64,000 nt of DNA, from NCBI GenBank assembly GCA_047495785.1, contig JBLDXI010000007.1, positions 2,046,001-2,110,000 on the forward strand, read 5' to 3'. The notes under the pieces are model-generated. The model ran no database searches. It had not been told where the DNA came from and saw only the letters and a list, made by a program, of their open reading frames with translations. Every line of letters begins with the position of its first letter. Position 1 is the first letter of the stretch. The position numbers and the translations under genes are program-made. The DNA comes from Lepidodermella squamata (Eukaryota > Animalia > Gastrotricha). Below are positions 24,017-34,772 of this stretch, in pieces.

Positions 24017-27000
24017 ATGGCCGCTCTTGCTACTCAATATTTGGATGCGTTTTTCAACAGCCCAGAAAGTCCGTCCACCTTAAGAATCATCGAACAAATC
24101 AGCACTCCGGCTGAGGCGAAACGAATTCAAGAAAGAATGGCTATCGAATGCCGAGGTGAAAACAACGTAGCTCGACCGGCTAATCCGACGCTTCACGCCA
24201 AAGCTAACTTGTTATTCGGCGAGGGTAAATACACTGAGGCTATAACAATTTACAAAAGTATTATCGGCGAAGCTCCCGGTGATTATAAGCTTTACTCGAA
24301 CATTGCGTTGTGCAACTTCAAACTCGGCCGCTATGAAGAAGCTGTTGTTTATTCGTCGGTTGTGACGCGATTTCTCGATAAAAAATGGCTGAAATCTCAG
24401 GCTAAACTTGTTGAAAGTTACACGCGTATGGGCTACGCTCAACTAGCCCTGTCCTACATCGATTTGATCCAGGAAAATTTTGCGAGAAGTGATTGTGATA
24501 TATTGGAAGATCAAATTTCAAATGCCAAGGCCACCCTGAGCCGGAGTTCGTTCAAAGTAGCTGATAGCAGTGATTTGGATGCGACAATCGCTCGAATTTT
24601 ATCGCCTGATTTGAGCGATGAAAAGCTGTTGTATCTACTCAACCATTGCATTTACCATTTTGGGGACGGTGATTATTCTGAAGAAATACAGAGCCCGGTG
24701 GAAATTCTGGAAAAAGTCGATACGTTGAGCAGTTTTACGCGTGGGAATTCGTTTGAAATCTCGTCACTGTCAATCGAGAAACTGCACATTTTGGCGTTGT
24801 ATCTCATTTTCGCGGGTGATTATGCGAAGTTGTCGCGGCGGTTTGCTGAGGCGTTGGTTATTCGACCGGTTTTTCGGACTTTTTTGAATAAACTGGCGCT
24901 GTTTTTTACGAGTCGAAGCGGCATGAGTGGCACGTTGAAAGCTGTTCCTTTTGGACCGGTAAGTTTGAAATTATTTATAGGTTCTATACATTTAAGCACT
25001 CAAGCGCAAGTCTTATAAAATGTATTTGATCAAAATTGAACCTAAATAAAGTGTATAAATAATTGTAAACATTTATACATTTTTATTTGAAATAATTATA
25101 ATTACACCGAGGACCGAGGCACTGCTTTAGGAAAAATATAAGGGTTCGTGAAAAGGAAACATAAGGGAATTTATACTTCTTACATGCATCGTAACTAAGA
25201 TGTGGGGAACGTGTCGGATCAGTAGAATTAAATTATTCGAGAAGCAGGAAACCTATTATCAAGGAAACATAGATCGAAGTGAATTGCATTTTGAGTGGAA
25301 AAACCTCATATGCTCGGATTCTCGAGTTTTTCAAGGTCGGAGAAACTTCATTAAAACACGCGAAGTACTTTGTTGTCGACCCATGATCATAGATTCGCCG
25401 ATTTCGTGACTAACAGAATCCTGGTGGCTCATTTTTTCGATAGTTGTTTCAAAAATCGCTTCTTAACTTTCTAAATTGGCAACCGCAGCAGCAGGCTGCT
25501 CCAGTAGCGCCAGGGGGTACCGGAACAATTCATATGGAAAAGACCTAACATTTATGTAGATGAAAGTAATGGATTTTGAGTCAGAAGTTGAAACATGACC
25601 AGTTCATGAATTATAAATTAATACCAGAAAGAGCTGGCAATTTTCACCGTTCATTTCCATAAATATATCAGAGGTCTTTCAGTTCTTCGCCACGGCTCCC
25701 AGGGACCGCGGGCCAAAAACATCGCTCCATGCATCAGCTGGGAAGAATTCTCGAACGATCAGTGATAGATCGCTTTCTGACATCTAATTATCCCTGAGCT
25801 CGCCTTGCTTTTGCTCCATCGGCTCAGCGAGAGCGAGTGATTGCAAACAATTTGTAATCGTAAAACGCCGACAGTTTTAGATTCGCCATAGAAAAGTGAT
25901 CATGACACATATGATGGGGCTACACCCTCTGAAAACTGCTGCCGCGTCAGCTAGCAAATGTAGCAGTTTGTTCTCGCTCCCCACGTGGGTAGAATTCTAG
26001 AGCGGTGCTTGAACTTATTTTGAAATTCAACTTCTGATCTAGTGATGTGCTCAATTTTTAGGTTGCATTCTGCAATTTCATCAAGCTGCTGGTGTCACTC
26101 GCGGGCAATTCGTCCATCCTCAAGACTTATCTACTAAAAACAGAACCCTTCAAAACGCTGGAATGGCACGCGAATTTGTCTCTGGCCTCATTCTGCATAA
26201 CATCCCCGTACCAGCCTGTTAATCGCCAGGAAAACGTTAACTTCGACTGCCCAGCTTACCTATTGACGCTTTTCGTTCAAGAGGACGATTTTTTCCTGCA
26301 ATTCAACGACGCAGCCCGATTGGCTCAGTTCGCCAAAGCTTTTTCGATTCTAAGCTTAGTCTCTTCATTCGAATTTCACACAATGGACGACCCGTTATCC
26401 TCAATTACAGCCTGGTCGCTTTTTACGAAAAATAAAAAATCCGCCTCAATTTGCTTGGATCGTCCTGGAGTATGGACATATGCAATTCAGCGACTATACC
26501 GCCTCACAGAGTCTAAATTCAACGACGAGCCGAGTTGTGCAGATTTTGTCACGAATTTGAACGTAATTTCAGATTTGATAGAAACTTTTATCGCCGAAAA
26601 TCAGGACGAAAATTCTGTTATCGAGTTGAAAAATTGGAATCAACAAATTAACGCGCTAATGCTGGCCAGGTCGATTGCAACGTTGTTAGGCGACGATCTG
26701 CCGTCGCGGTTCGATCATCTCCTCGAGGATGAAATGAAGCAAATCGCGGCGAAATGTTACTACATTTCATCGCATTTCATCGCGAGATCGCTGCAGTTTT
26801 TCCACGCCTTCACTAAGCACGATTTCGCGATTCCATCGGCGGTTGAAGTTGTTAATTCGTACCCTAGACAGACTAGCCTGTTACCCGGGGCTTTGTTCTA
26901 CCTCGCCACAGCGACTGATGTGCCTAATAATACGTTATTTCGAAATAAGCTGATGTTATATAGCGGCTTTCGAGATTTCATCCATCAAAGCGTTGTTTTA

Positions 27001-27336
27001 GTTACAAAGGGCGATTTGGATGTGAAAATTAGAACTAATGCCGTGCTTATGTTATACCACATTCTCAGCGCTAATGACCGGTGTAGAAATTCGGCGTTTC
27101 AATATCTGGACGATGCGGAGGAGGATGATTTAGTGCGTAATTTGGTGGCGTTTATACGAAAACCGCAGAAAAGTGACCCGTTTTACGGGCGGCTGTTATC
27201 TGTTGCTGCTGGGCAGTTGTTGGCTGTTTTGGTCAAGTTGGACGCGCGGCTTGTTGACTTCGAGGAGAAGATTCGCGTTACGAAGGATGCGCATTTGACT
27301 AATGTTTATGAACAAGTTCTCAAAGATGCCCGGTGA
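24017..27336 (+). CDS. TPR/helical-repeat family paralog 5, ~738 aa; exons 24017-24958, 26062-27336
   Basis: Phase-0 intron CCG|GTAAGT..TTTTTAG|GTT. TPR (ANLLFGEGKYTEAI..YSNIALC..WLK) and RPGVW. Closest to paralog 6 (WN....L...I; NVY.Q.L C-terminus). Confidence 0.85.
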
Positions 27337-28485
27337 TTTTTCTCTTTGTTCCAATAATTGTAGTTTATTGGCAAACTATCGATGCGAAACTTTTTCTATA
27401 AATCTCTGATGTTAGAGATCAGTTTAACCAAAGGGGATTAATGTGCAACAATTTCACTAAATTCTATTATTTTAAAAACAATAGGTAATTGGCCGTAAAC
27501 AAGAGAAATATGGGGCTTGGCGTATTTCCTCTATTTCCACCAAATTATTACACAATTAATGTTATTTACACGTTTTTCTTGACGATTTTGACCTCAAGTT
27601 TTTCCACCTCAAAACATAGGAGACCCCAAAGTGTCACCGAAAAGGCTCACGGATTCAGCTTGACTCGGTTATCTCGGTTATCTCGGGTTATCTCGGCTGC
27701 GCATAAGAAAAAAAATCCGAATTGATTGCGCGACGTAATTAATGCCACGAAAAAAACAAAATTTGCTGGCGATCATTTTTCGAAATTAGCAATTATACCT
27801 GTAAACTTTGAAGCCCATCTCAGCAACCCTGATGACTATCAACCTAATAACGATATCGTTCGACTCCTCGTTCATTGATGTTGAAAGCGGCATCAACATC
27901 TCACGATGTCAAAAATTTCGTCAAACCCCACTTTTCACTTGTTAACGGTCAATTAATAATTTTGAGCATGAACATGAAACAAGATTGATTTTTCAAAAAA
28001 GAATTGATTGAGGAAATCATAATTTGAAAATTAAAAAAATTAAAGAAACATATTTCGATATCATAAAGCATGTTGCCATTTTTTCCAGCCTTTTGTTATT
28101 CTTATCTCTATTTTGAAGAGAAAGCAGAGACATTCAGCCAGCTTTTTGTGTGGAATAAAGATGAACAAATTGATGATTTGTGTGGCTTCAAAATCTTATT
28201 ATCAAATATTTATGAAATAGAATTAATTGAAATTGTTTGTAAAATGCCGTTTTTCGAATAGTTTTCGTTAGCTTTAGTCCGGACTAAACTGGGCTAGACC
28301 TAAATTCATTATTAATTTCGGAAAAACCTCGTAAAATAGGATGCATTTTTTATTCGGAATTATAACGGAACAATCGGTTTATTCGAGCGCTAATCATTTG
28401 AGACCCTTCACCAAAACTTTCTTATCTTGCTGGCATCTCCTCTTCTCCTTTTCCTCTTCTCAGCCTAGAAATCCTAAGTTATCGA

Positions 28486-29089
28486 TCATGGTATCCACCT
28501 GTAGGTCGGCAGAGTAGCAGGTCCGCCGTTTTCAGAACAGGTTCTGTACGCGTAGCAGATTTGTTTAGTTTTGTCGTACGCGAAGCCCAAATACTGGTAA
28601 GCTTGAGTGCGCGTCTTACAGGCGGAAATGTCTGGAGTATTAGCCCAAACGACGACGGGCGCATAGACTTTGCAAGTGAAGTCGATTTGCTTGAAGGGCA
28701 GGACTCTCTTAGCATCATCCACGACTGCTTTCGAATCGGGCGGGAGATATGCGTAGGTCGGCAGGGTGGCAGGTCCGGCACTCCCTGCGCAGTCCCTGTA
28801 CGCGTAACAGATTTTTTTAGCTTGGTCGTAGGCGAAGCTCAAAAACTGGTTGGCTTCGGTGCGAGTCTTGCAAAAGTAAATGTCTGCGGTATTGGCCCAG
28901 ACAGTTACGGGCGTCAGGCTTTTGCAGGTGTAGTCGATTTTCTGGTATGGATAGAATCCATTGCTGCTTTGGCCTGTTTTAGCAAAAAGAATTTAAGTCA
29001 ACTTCTTGCTGAAAGGCTCCACACTAACCTGAAGCAATAGCAGCAGAAGACGCAACGAAGGCTACCGCGAAAAGGAGCTTGCTTGGCAT
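28486..29089 (-). CDS. Small secreted protein with two 4-Cys PAN/apple-like repeats (family copy A); exons 29089-29029, 28973-28486
   Basis: Signal peptide MPSKLLFAVAFVASSAAIASG and a phase-1 intron. Repeat consensus PY..IDY.C...VW....C....FAYD..K.CY.Y..C...PATLPTY. Confidence 0.85.
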
Positions 29090-29159
29090 TTTCTTGAGAA
29101 AAATATTCAAATGAATATGGGATTCAAAATGAATGAATGAAGTGAACTCATTGGGAGAC

Positions 29160-29212
29160 AGTCTTACGAAGTCGACTTCCTTTGTTCTATCAGCTGCTAG
29201 CGCGCGGTGCGA
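29160..29212 (-). promoter_or_regulatory. Conserved upstream motif of the secreted repeat family (E-box/GATA overlap CAGCTGATAG)
   Basis: GCGCGC(T/A)AGCAGCTGATAGAA(C/A)A(A/T)AGGAAG occurs ~90-120 nt upstream of the ATG in copies A, B (34657-34687) and D (38227-38256). Confidence 0.6.
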
Positions 29213-29859
29213 GTCGGAATTTTGTTCAAATATTATACCCGCTTTGATAATTGAAGACAATTAATAAAAAATGCAAAAACGTTACGGGAAATTTCTACTG
29301 TGAAAGCAGATATATTACCGCCTATCAAACCTTAGTGCTTTCGTCACTTACCGCTAGGCCTGAGTTTAAGGTTTCGCTCGAGATACGGAGCCTTCGTCTT
29401 GCTCCCCGCATAACAAAATAAAGCAGCTGATAAAATATGCATTAATTAAGAATTACGCCGTATAATAATTTTAGCATATTAAACTTAGACTTTATGTCTT
29501 TTTATTTTTAACTTCGATTCTGGTAATGAATACCGAGGTTTTTGACCATTTTATCCCGATGTCCTACAGGTAGGACAGTCGGTTTTTCATTCCTTCTGTT
29601 AAATTTTTTCATACAATTTGAATCGTGAAAAACGCTTGGGATCGACAGAAGGAATGAAAAACCAATAGATGAGAAAGAACGTACTCAGCGTCAAATCTGA
29701 GTTTTCGATGGCTTGTTCAATAGGTAACGATACCGCTAGATGGGCCAAGGCCGAGATGGCCAAGGCAACTCGCATGGAAAACATCTTATAAGGAGTAGAA
29801 TTGATTTATGAGGAGTCGCAGATATGTGATTTAATCAAGCTGAGGCCGATGTTATATAC

Positions 29860-30330
29860 CAAGGTTGTTATTCCGGTTACGAGCGGCACAGCTTCACATT
29901 TTAATCGGTGGCAAGTGGGTCCGCTCGCGTTTGGTCCGCCGAGTTCAAAAAGGTGCGGCTTTTTTTAACTCGGAAGATCCGGCACGCTATTCTGCTAATG
30001 TTTTTCATAGGTTTCTGCAGGCGACAACCAGGGCGTTACCGCGACTGGTTCGGAGCTTCCGGATGCCGAGGCTATCGTAAAAGTCTCGCACAGCGAAAGA
30101 GTCCACGTTCGGGCCGCGGTCCGTCAGTTCAAAATCGCTGATGAATCGTTCGAGACACGCCACGATGGTTAGCGCTTCCGTGGAAAGCAGTGAGTAGGCA
30201 ACGAGCAGCTTCGAAAAGGCATCATACAGGGTTAGTAGCCATCGATAGTAGCCACAAGGGCTTATAGCTGAATACGTGGAAAGCTTTGTGAAATGGGATG
30301 TCACTGATGGGTTTGCTAGTGCCAACTCCG
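29860..30330 (-). mobile_element. Degenerate retroviral-type (gypsy) integrase core fragment
   Basis: YRWLLTLYDAFSKLLVAYSL...TDRGPNVDS..VRDFYDSLGIRKLRTS follows the rve D,D motif pattern. Confidence 0.75.
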
Positions 30331-30354
30331 CTGCATGAAAAATGCCGATCGAGG

Positions 30355-30965
30355 TGGTCCTCTCTCATTGGACGAGGACAGAAGTTACGGTATTATTTTT
30401 CCTTTGAAAAAGGACAGGCTATGAAAAGCCCAATTTTCGGGCAGTCATCTTGTTACACGATGCAGTGATGCAGAAGACTAGCCAAGATCTCGTTCTGCAT
30501 TGCGGAATGCACAGCAGGGCAGGGCCTAGCGACAGGCCACTGACCGCTTGGACACAGGGAAATCCAGTTTTAGGCACGCATGTGTTTGTTGATGTATCGC
30601 ATACGTTGGCTGATGCCTCCCAGGAAGAAGACCCAGACTGCGTAGCGCCACTTCTGTCTTTCTAGCGTGAGCAAACTGCTTGTGGCGATCGACTTGATCC
30701 TTTCTTATTGGACGAGGACAAAAGTTGGGTAGTAATTTTTCCCTCGAAGGAGGAGAGGAGAGAGGAGAGGCTATGAAAAGCCCAATTTTCGAGCAGTCAT
30801 CCTGGTAGACGATGCAGAGTTGCACAAGACCAGCGGCAGGGTTGGGCTTGGCGACAAGTCCATGGGAAGCGCTGGGCAGGAGGAAAACTTAGTATCAAGT
30901 TTTAGGCGCACGCAGATGTTTGTTGATGTATCGCATACGTTGGCTGATGCCTCCCAGGAAGGCCA
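30355..30965. repeat. Imperfect tandem duplication, ~335-bp period
   Basis: ATTGGACGAGGACA..GGCTATGAAAAGCCCAATTTTCG and GTTTGTTGATGTATCGCATACGTTGGCTGATGCCTCCCAGGAAG each occur twice (~30367/30707 and 30584/30918). Confidence 0.85.
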
Positions 30966-31382
30966 AGACTGGTCAGATCGCTTTTGCACAGGCATCCGTT
31001 TTCTTATTTATCTGTACCTAACTCGGCCGATTGAGCATTTGTTGTTGAGCCAGCTGAGGCAGTAGATGAGGCGACTTTGAATGATGTCGGTTAAGAGGAT
31101 AAATTCCTATACAATATTCAATATTCCATGCTCATCTTTTTTCATGCTAATGTCGAAGGAATAGGAAAGCATTGACAATTTGATTAGAATTGGAAAAACC
31201 CGACGGTAGCCGGTTTCTTAATTACCAGAATTGGAATTAGAATGTTACACAGTTCGCCCAAGTTTCATTTAATATCACGATGAAAAACATTGGATCCTTG
31301 ATTCGAAATTATTTTCCAAACTGTTTTCATTTTTTTTACTCCTACAAAATGTTTTTAAATTCATCTTAGATTTATTTTACAA

Positions 31383-33653
31383 ATGTATGAATTGCTATTT
31401 GGCGACTTGGCTTTCGAGCAAAAAATCGATGGAAAATCCGCAAAAATCGCCGATAGCAAGGCTATCCTTGAAGTTATGAATCGTATCACCAGCCCAGAAT
31501 CAGCCGCTCAAATTCACGCCGAAATTCGAAAAAGCCTTGGCCACAGCGATGAACCGGCCGATGTAACTAAACCCCACGAAGACGGCAATGCGTTATTCAA
31601 AGAAGGAAAAATCGCCGAAGCGTTAAAAAAATACCGCGAGGCAGCTAAACTAAGGCCGTGCAACTATCGTTTATACTCGAATATTGCACTTTGCCACGAA
31701 AAATTGGGCCAATTCAAGGAGGCGGCTTCAAACGCGTATTTCAGCACGATTTTGAACGACGATTGGATTAAAGGCCACTACATTTTCGCGAATTCCTATA
31801 CGAAATTGGGACATGTCGACCTGGCTTCGTTGATTTTATGCAATAAGGGCAGCTCTTTTCCGAGTGATGAACTGAGTCGAACAATCGGCGAATTCAACGC
31901 TATTCCAAGCATTTTTCGAGACATGAAAAATGTGTTGAGAAATTTGCTTGAATCCATTAATTTGACAGCCGATGAAGTTATCGATGAATTATGCTACATT
32001 TCACGTCGAATGGTTTCTTACGATGAGGATGGGATGTTTCGATTCAACGAAATGTTCATGAATTTGATCTCGAAAAATCCGCAAATTTTGCGACTGGCTT
32101 CAATGCCTTCCTTCGATTTCGACTTGCTGGAGTTGACCGATCTTCGTTTAATTCGAGAAACTTTGATGTGCTACAGCTATTTATTCGACAATTGCATAGC
32201 AGCTTATCTGAATTCATTCCTTCAAAATTCGAATTTTCGCAATTTTCTTAATAAACTCGCCTGTTATCTAGCGACCAGCAAAGGCGCGAAGGCTGTAGTC
32301 GCCCGACCTGGTCTAGGCCAGTCGATCTATTTCTACCTCGCGAAAAATCTGGCGAATTTGTATCAACACGAATTGACTCGAAATCATTTCATCCGAAAAT
32401 TCGAGCCCTGCAACGATTTTAACTGGATGGCCTCGTTTATCGTCAATGGATTTTGCGTCATGCCTTTCGGGCCGATTTCTAAACTTCCCTTCGATCTCGT
32501 CCTGATTTCGGCCTATCTACGCGAGTCAGAATTTGCGGACCGCGAGTTCTCGCTGATTGATACGTTGACGAAAATCAAGCCGAATGACGCGAGGGTGAAA
32601 TCAGTCGCTCACCTCGCGATTGTGAGCCAATTCGATTTTCGCGAGAATTTCGACCCGACCGAGCGGGAACCGGCTGGTAATTGCGTGTATTTCTGGCGGG
32701 CGGTCTACGAGTCTGTTTTCCAGGCGAGTTACGAACGGCCTGAATTCTGGTTTTATCTAACGAAAAAACTTCAATACTACACCGATCTCGCGGAAAAGAA
32801 TGCGAAATTTCGAAAAAGTGACGGGCTATATCATTTGATTAAAATTCTAGACCCGATGATTCATAGCTATATGGGTCATCGACGCCCGGATAAAAATATT
32901 AGAGAGTGGAACGGAACTGATAATTCTGTGGTTTTAAGCGAAAATTTGGTGAAAATCGCGAAATTTCCGATAAAATCAGCCAGTGAAAAGTCGCATTGTG
33001 CCGCTTTGAGATGCATTGGCTGGCACGTGTTGATGTCTCGAGATTTTGCGGAAAATTTAGCAAAATTCGATTTTCTACTGCCTCAAATTTCGTGGCGAAT
33101 TCTCGACGCGAAAGATTACTGCTCAGAGAAAGCGTCGTATCGAAATTCGATTTTCCTACTGGCCTCGGTGATTCAAGTCGAAAAATCGAAGGTTCGCCAA
33201 TTTTTAGCGTCCGATCCTAAAAAATTGGAGGATTTAACAATTCGAGTGTTATTCGAAGGCTTCAACACGCAAAATCACGACGAGCTAGCCAATACGTGCT
33301 TGATTATTCATCACCTGTTGAACGGCGGCGGTGATCAGTGCGAGAAAATTGCGGCTCGAACCGTTGTTAAGGGGGTCGATGACGATGAAGACTACGTTCG
33401 GCTGTTCATTTTCAACTGCGTGTATGCGATTCAGAATTTTCGCGAGTCGACGCGAGTTTTGACCGAGCGAGAGTTGTCGAGCATGCCCGAGCAAACGGTG
33501 CTGTACGACGTGTTGGCGTGCGGCATGGCACTGGCTGCTCTCATGAAAGTGGACTGGGAGCGTATCACTCCGATGGTTGTTAGGTCTCATAAAATTCGCC
33601 TGCCGCGAGTTGACAATATTTACAAGCAAATGCTGAGAAACTGCAGTGATTGA
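31383..33653 (+). CDS. TPR/helical-repeat family paralog 6, 756 aa, intronless CDS
   Basis: Single ORF. N-terminal MYELLFGDLAFE is homologous to exon 1 of the paralogs. TPR (EDGNALFKEGKIAEA..YSNIALC..WIKGHY), EPCNDF and RPEFW motifs. Confidence 0.9.
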   Translation: MYELLFGDLAFEQKIDGKSAKIADSKAILEVMNRITSPESAAQIHAEIRKSLGHSDEPADVTKPHEDGNALFKEGKIAEALKKYREAAKLRPCNYRLYSNIALCHEKLGQFKEAASNAYFSTILNDDWIKGHYIFANSYTKLGHVDLASLILCNKGSSFPSDELSRTIGEFNAIPSIFRDMKNVLRNLLESINLTADEVIDELCYISRRMVSYDEDGMFRFNEMFMNLISKNPQILRLASMPSFDFDLLELTDLRLIRETLMCYSYLFDNCIAAYLNSFLQNSNFRNFLNKLACYLATSKGAKAVVARPGLGQSIYFYLAKNLANLYQHELTRNHFIRKFEPCNDFNWMASFIVNGFCVMPFGPISKLPFDLVLISAYLRESEFADREFSLIDTLTKIKPNDARVKSVAHLAIVSQFDFRENFDPTEREPAGNCVYFWRAVYESVFQASYERPEFWFYLTKKLQYYTDLAEKNAKFRKSDGLYHLIKILDPMIHSYMGHRRPDKNIREWNGTDNSVVLSENLVKIAKFPIKSASEKSHCAALRCIGWHVLMSRDFAENLAKFDFLLPQISWRILDAKDYCSEKASYRNSIFLLASVIQVEKSKVRQFLASDPKKLEDLTIRVLFEGFNTQNHDELANTCLIIHHLLNGGGDQCEKIAARTVVKGVDDDEDYVRLFIFNCVYAIQNFRESTRVLTERELSSMPEQTVLYDVLACGMALAALMKVDWERITPMVVRSHKIRLPRVDNIYKQMLRNCSD

Positions 33654-33862
33654 TCAACTCATACAGTTTGACTATTTTTTCATTTGGAAAAATTTGACAT
33701 GACGATTTTTCCCATTTTTTGACGTTTTTTTCGTTCATGGTTCAATAAAATCTCAGAATTGTATGGCCTGTCTTTTTCACCTGGCTTTTTCAGATAATCA
33801 TATAATCTTCAGATATTGTTCCAGTAATAAAATAATCGGAGTGGATATTCAAACTTGAATGC

Positions 33863-34480
33863 CGTCAAACGGGGCGACTTTAGCCAATGGGGTGACATTG
33901 CCATAGGTTTTTGCGATCGAGTTTAGATCACGCACGATGCGATTTTCTCAGGCATGATACATATCAAGTAGGATGTCAATTGAAAGCCCTGATGATGGAA
34001 AATTCAATTATATACGCTGTTGAACTGTTTGAGCCGTATTTAACTTGATAACTGACGTGGAATTGTGGCAAAGCGACCTTGTGTACGGTTTATATGCAGA
34101 TTGGGGGCTTTGCCCTAACTCAAACCGCAGGTGGAAAGGCGGATACCTCTCAAGTGGGGTCCCGCTGGATAGCTTGTGTCGGAGATTGCTCGATAATGAA
34201 AAGAATTTTTCATTTTGATCACGCCTGGTCGACTTTAGAGTCATCTAAATTCTGCCGAAAACTCAATTTTTTCGCTCAACTTTACCTGTGTTTAATCACC
34301 AGATATTGTGAAGGGCTGCATGCCGAAGTATGTTGAACGCATTCCAGCTGGTCTTTTCTTGGGCTTTCCAACGGTATCCCCCTCAAGGGGTCTTTATCTT
34401 GATACCTCTGAGATATGGCTATGCGAAATTCGCCCCATTTTTTCGTGGCAAAGTGACCCCTACTGGCAAAGTACTTACGT
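33863..34480. mobile_element. Possible pogo/Tc1-like MITE relic
   Basis: Left end CCGTCAAACGGGGCGACTTTAGCCAATGGGGTGACATTGCCA pairs imperfectly with TGGCAAAGTGACCCCTACTGGCAAAGT (~34447-34473). Confidence 0.45.
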
Positions 34481-34772
34481 GATATTCGAAATACGTGACG
34501 CGCATGAGCCAATTGAAGAAGTCAGCATGCAGCCTGGCCTCGAATCGCTCGAGGATTCCCAGCTGAGAGATACGCAAGGGTGAGAAACCCGTGGTAAAAA
34601 TCAATAAGGCTAGTCTTATTTAAGTTGAAGCAAATTATGCTGTCTAGACTTGCCCCGCGCGCTAGCAGCTGATAGAACAAAGGAAGAAACTTGGCGTCGA
34701 GTTCGTCAGTCTCCCCAAGTGTTCATTTAATTTTTATTTCATCTCCATTCAGTTGAATTTTTTCTCAAAACA

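Noticed and set aside
841-33653. Naming the TPR genes unc-45 or TTC12
   Set aside because: Only the architecture is similar; no diagnostic UCS or TTC12 motifs were recognised.
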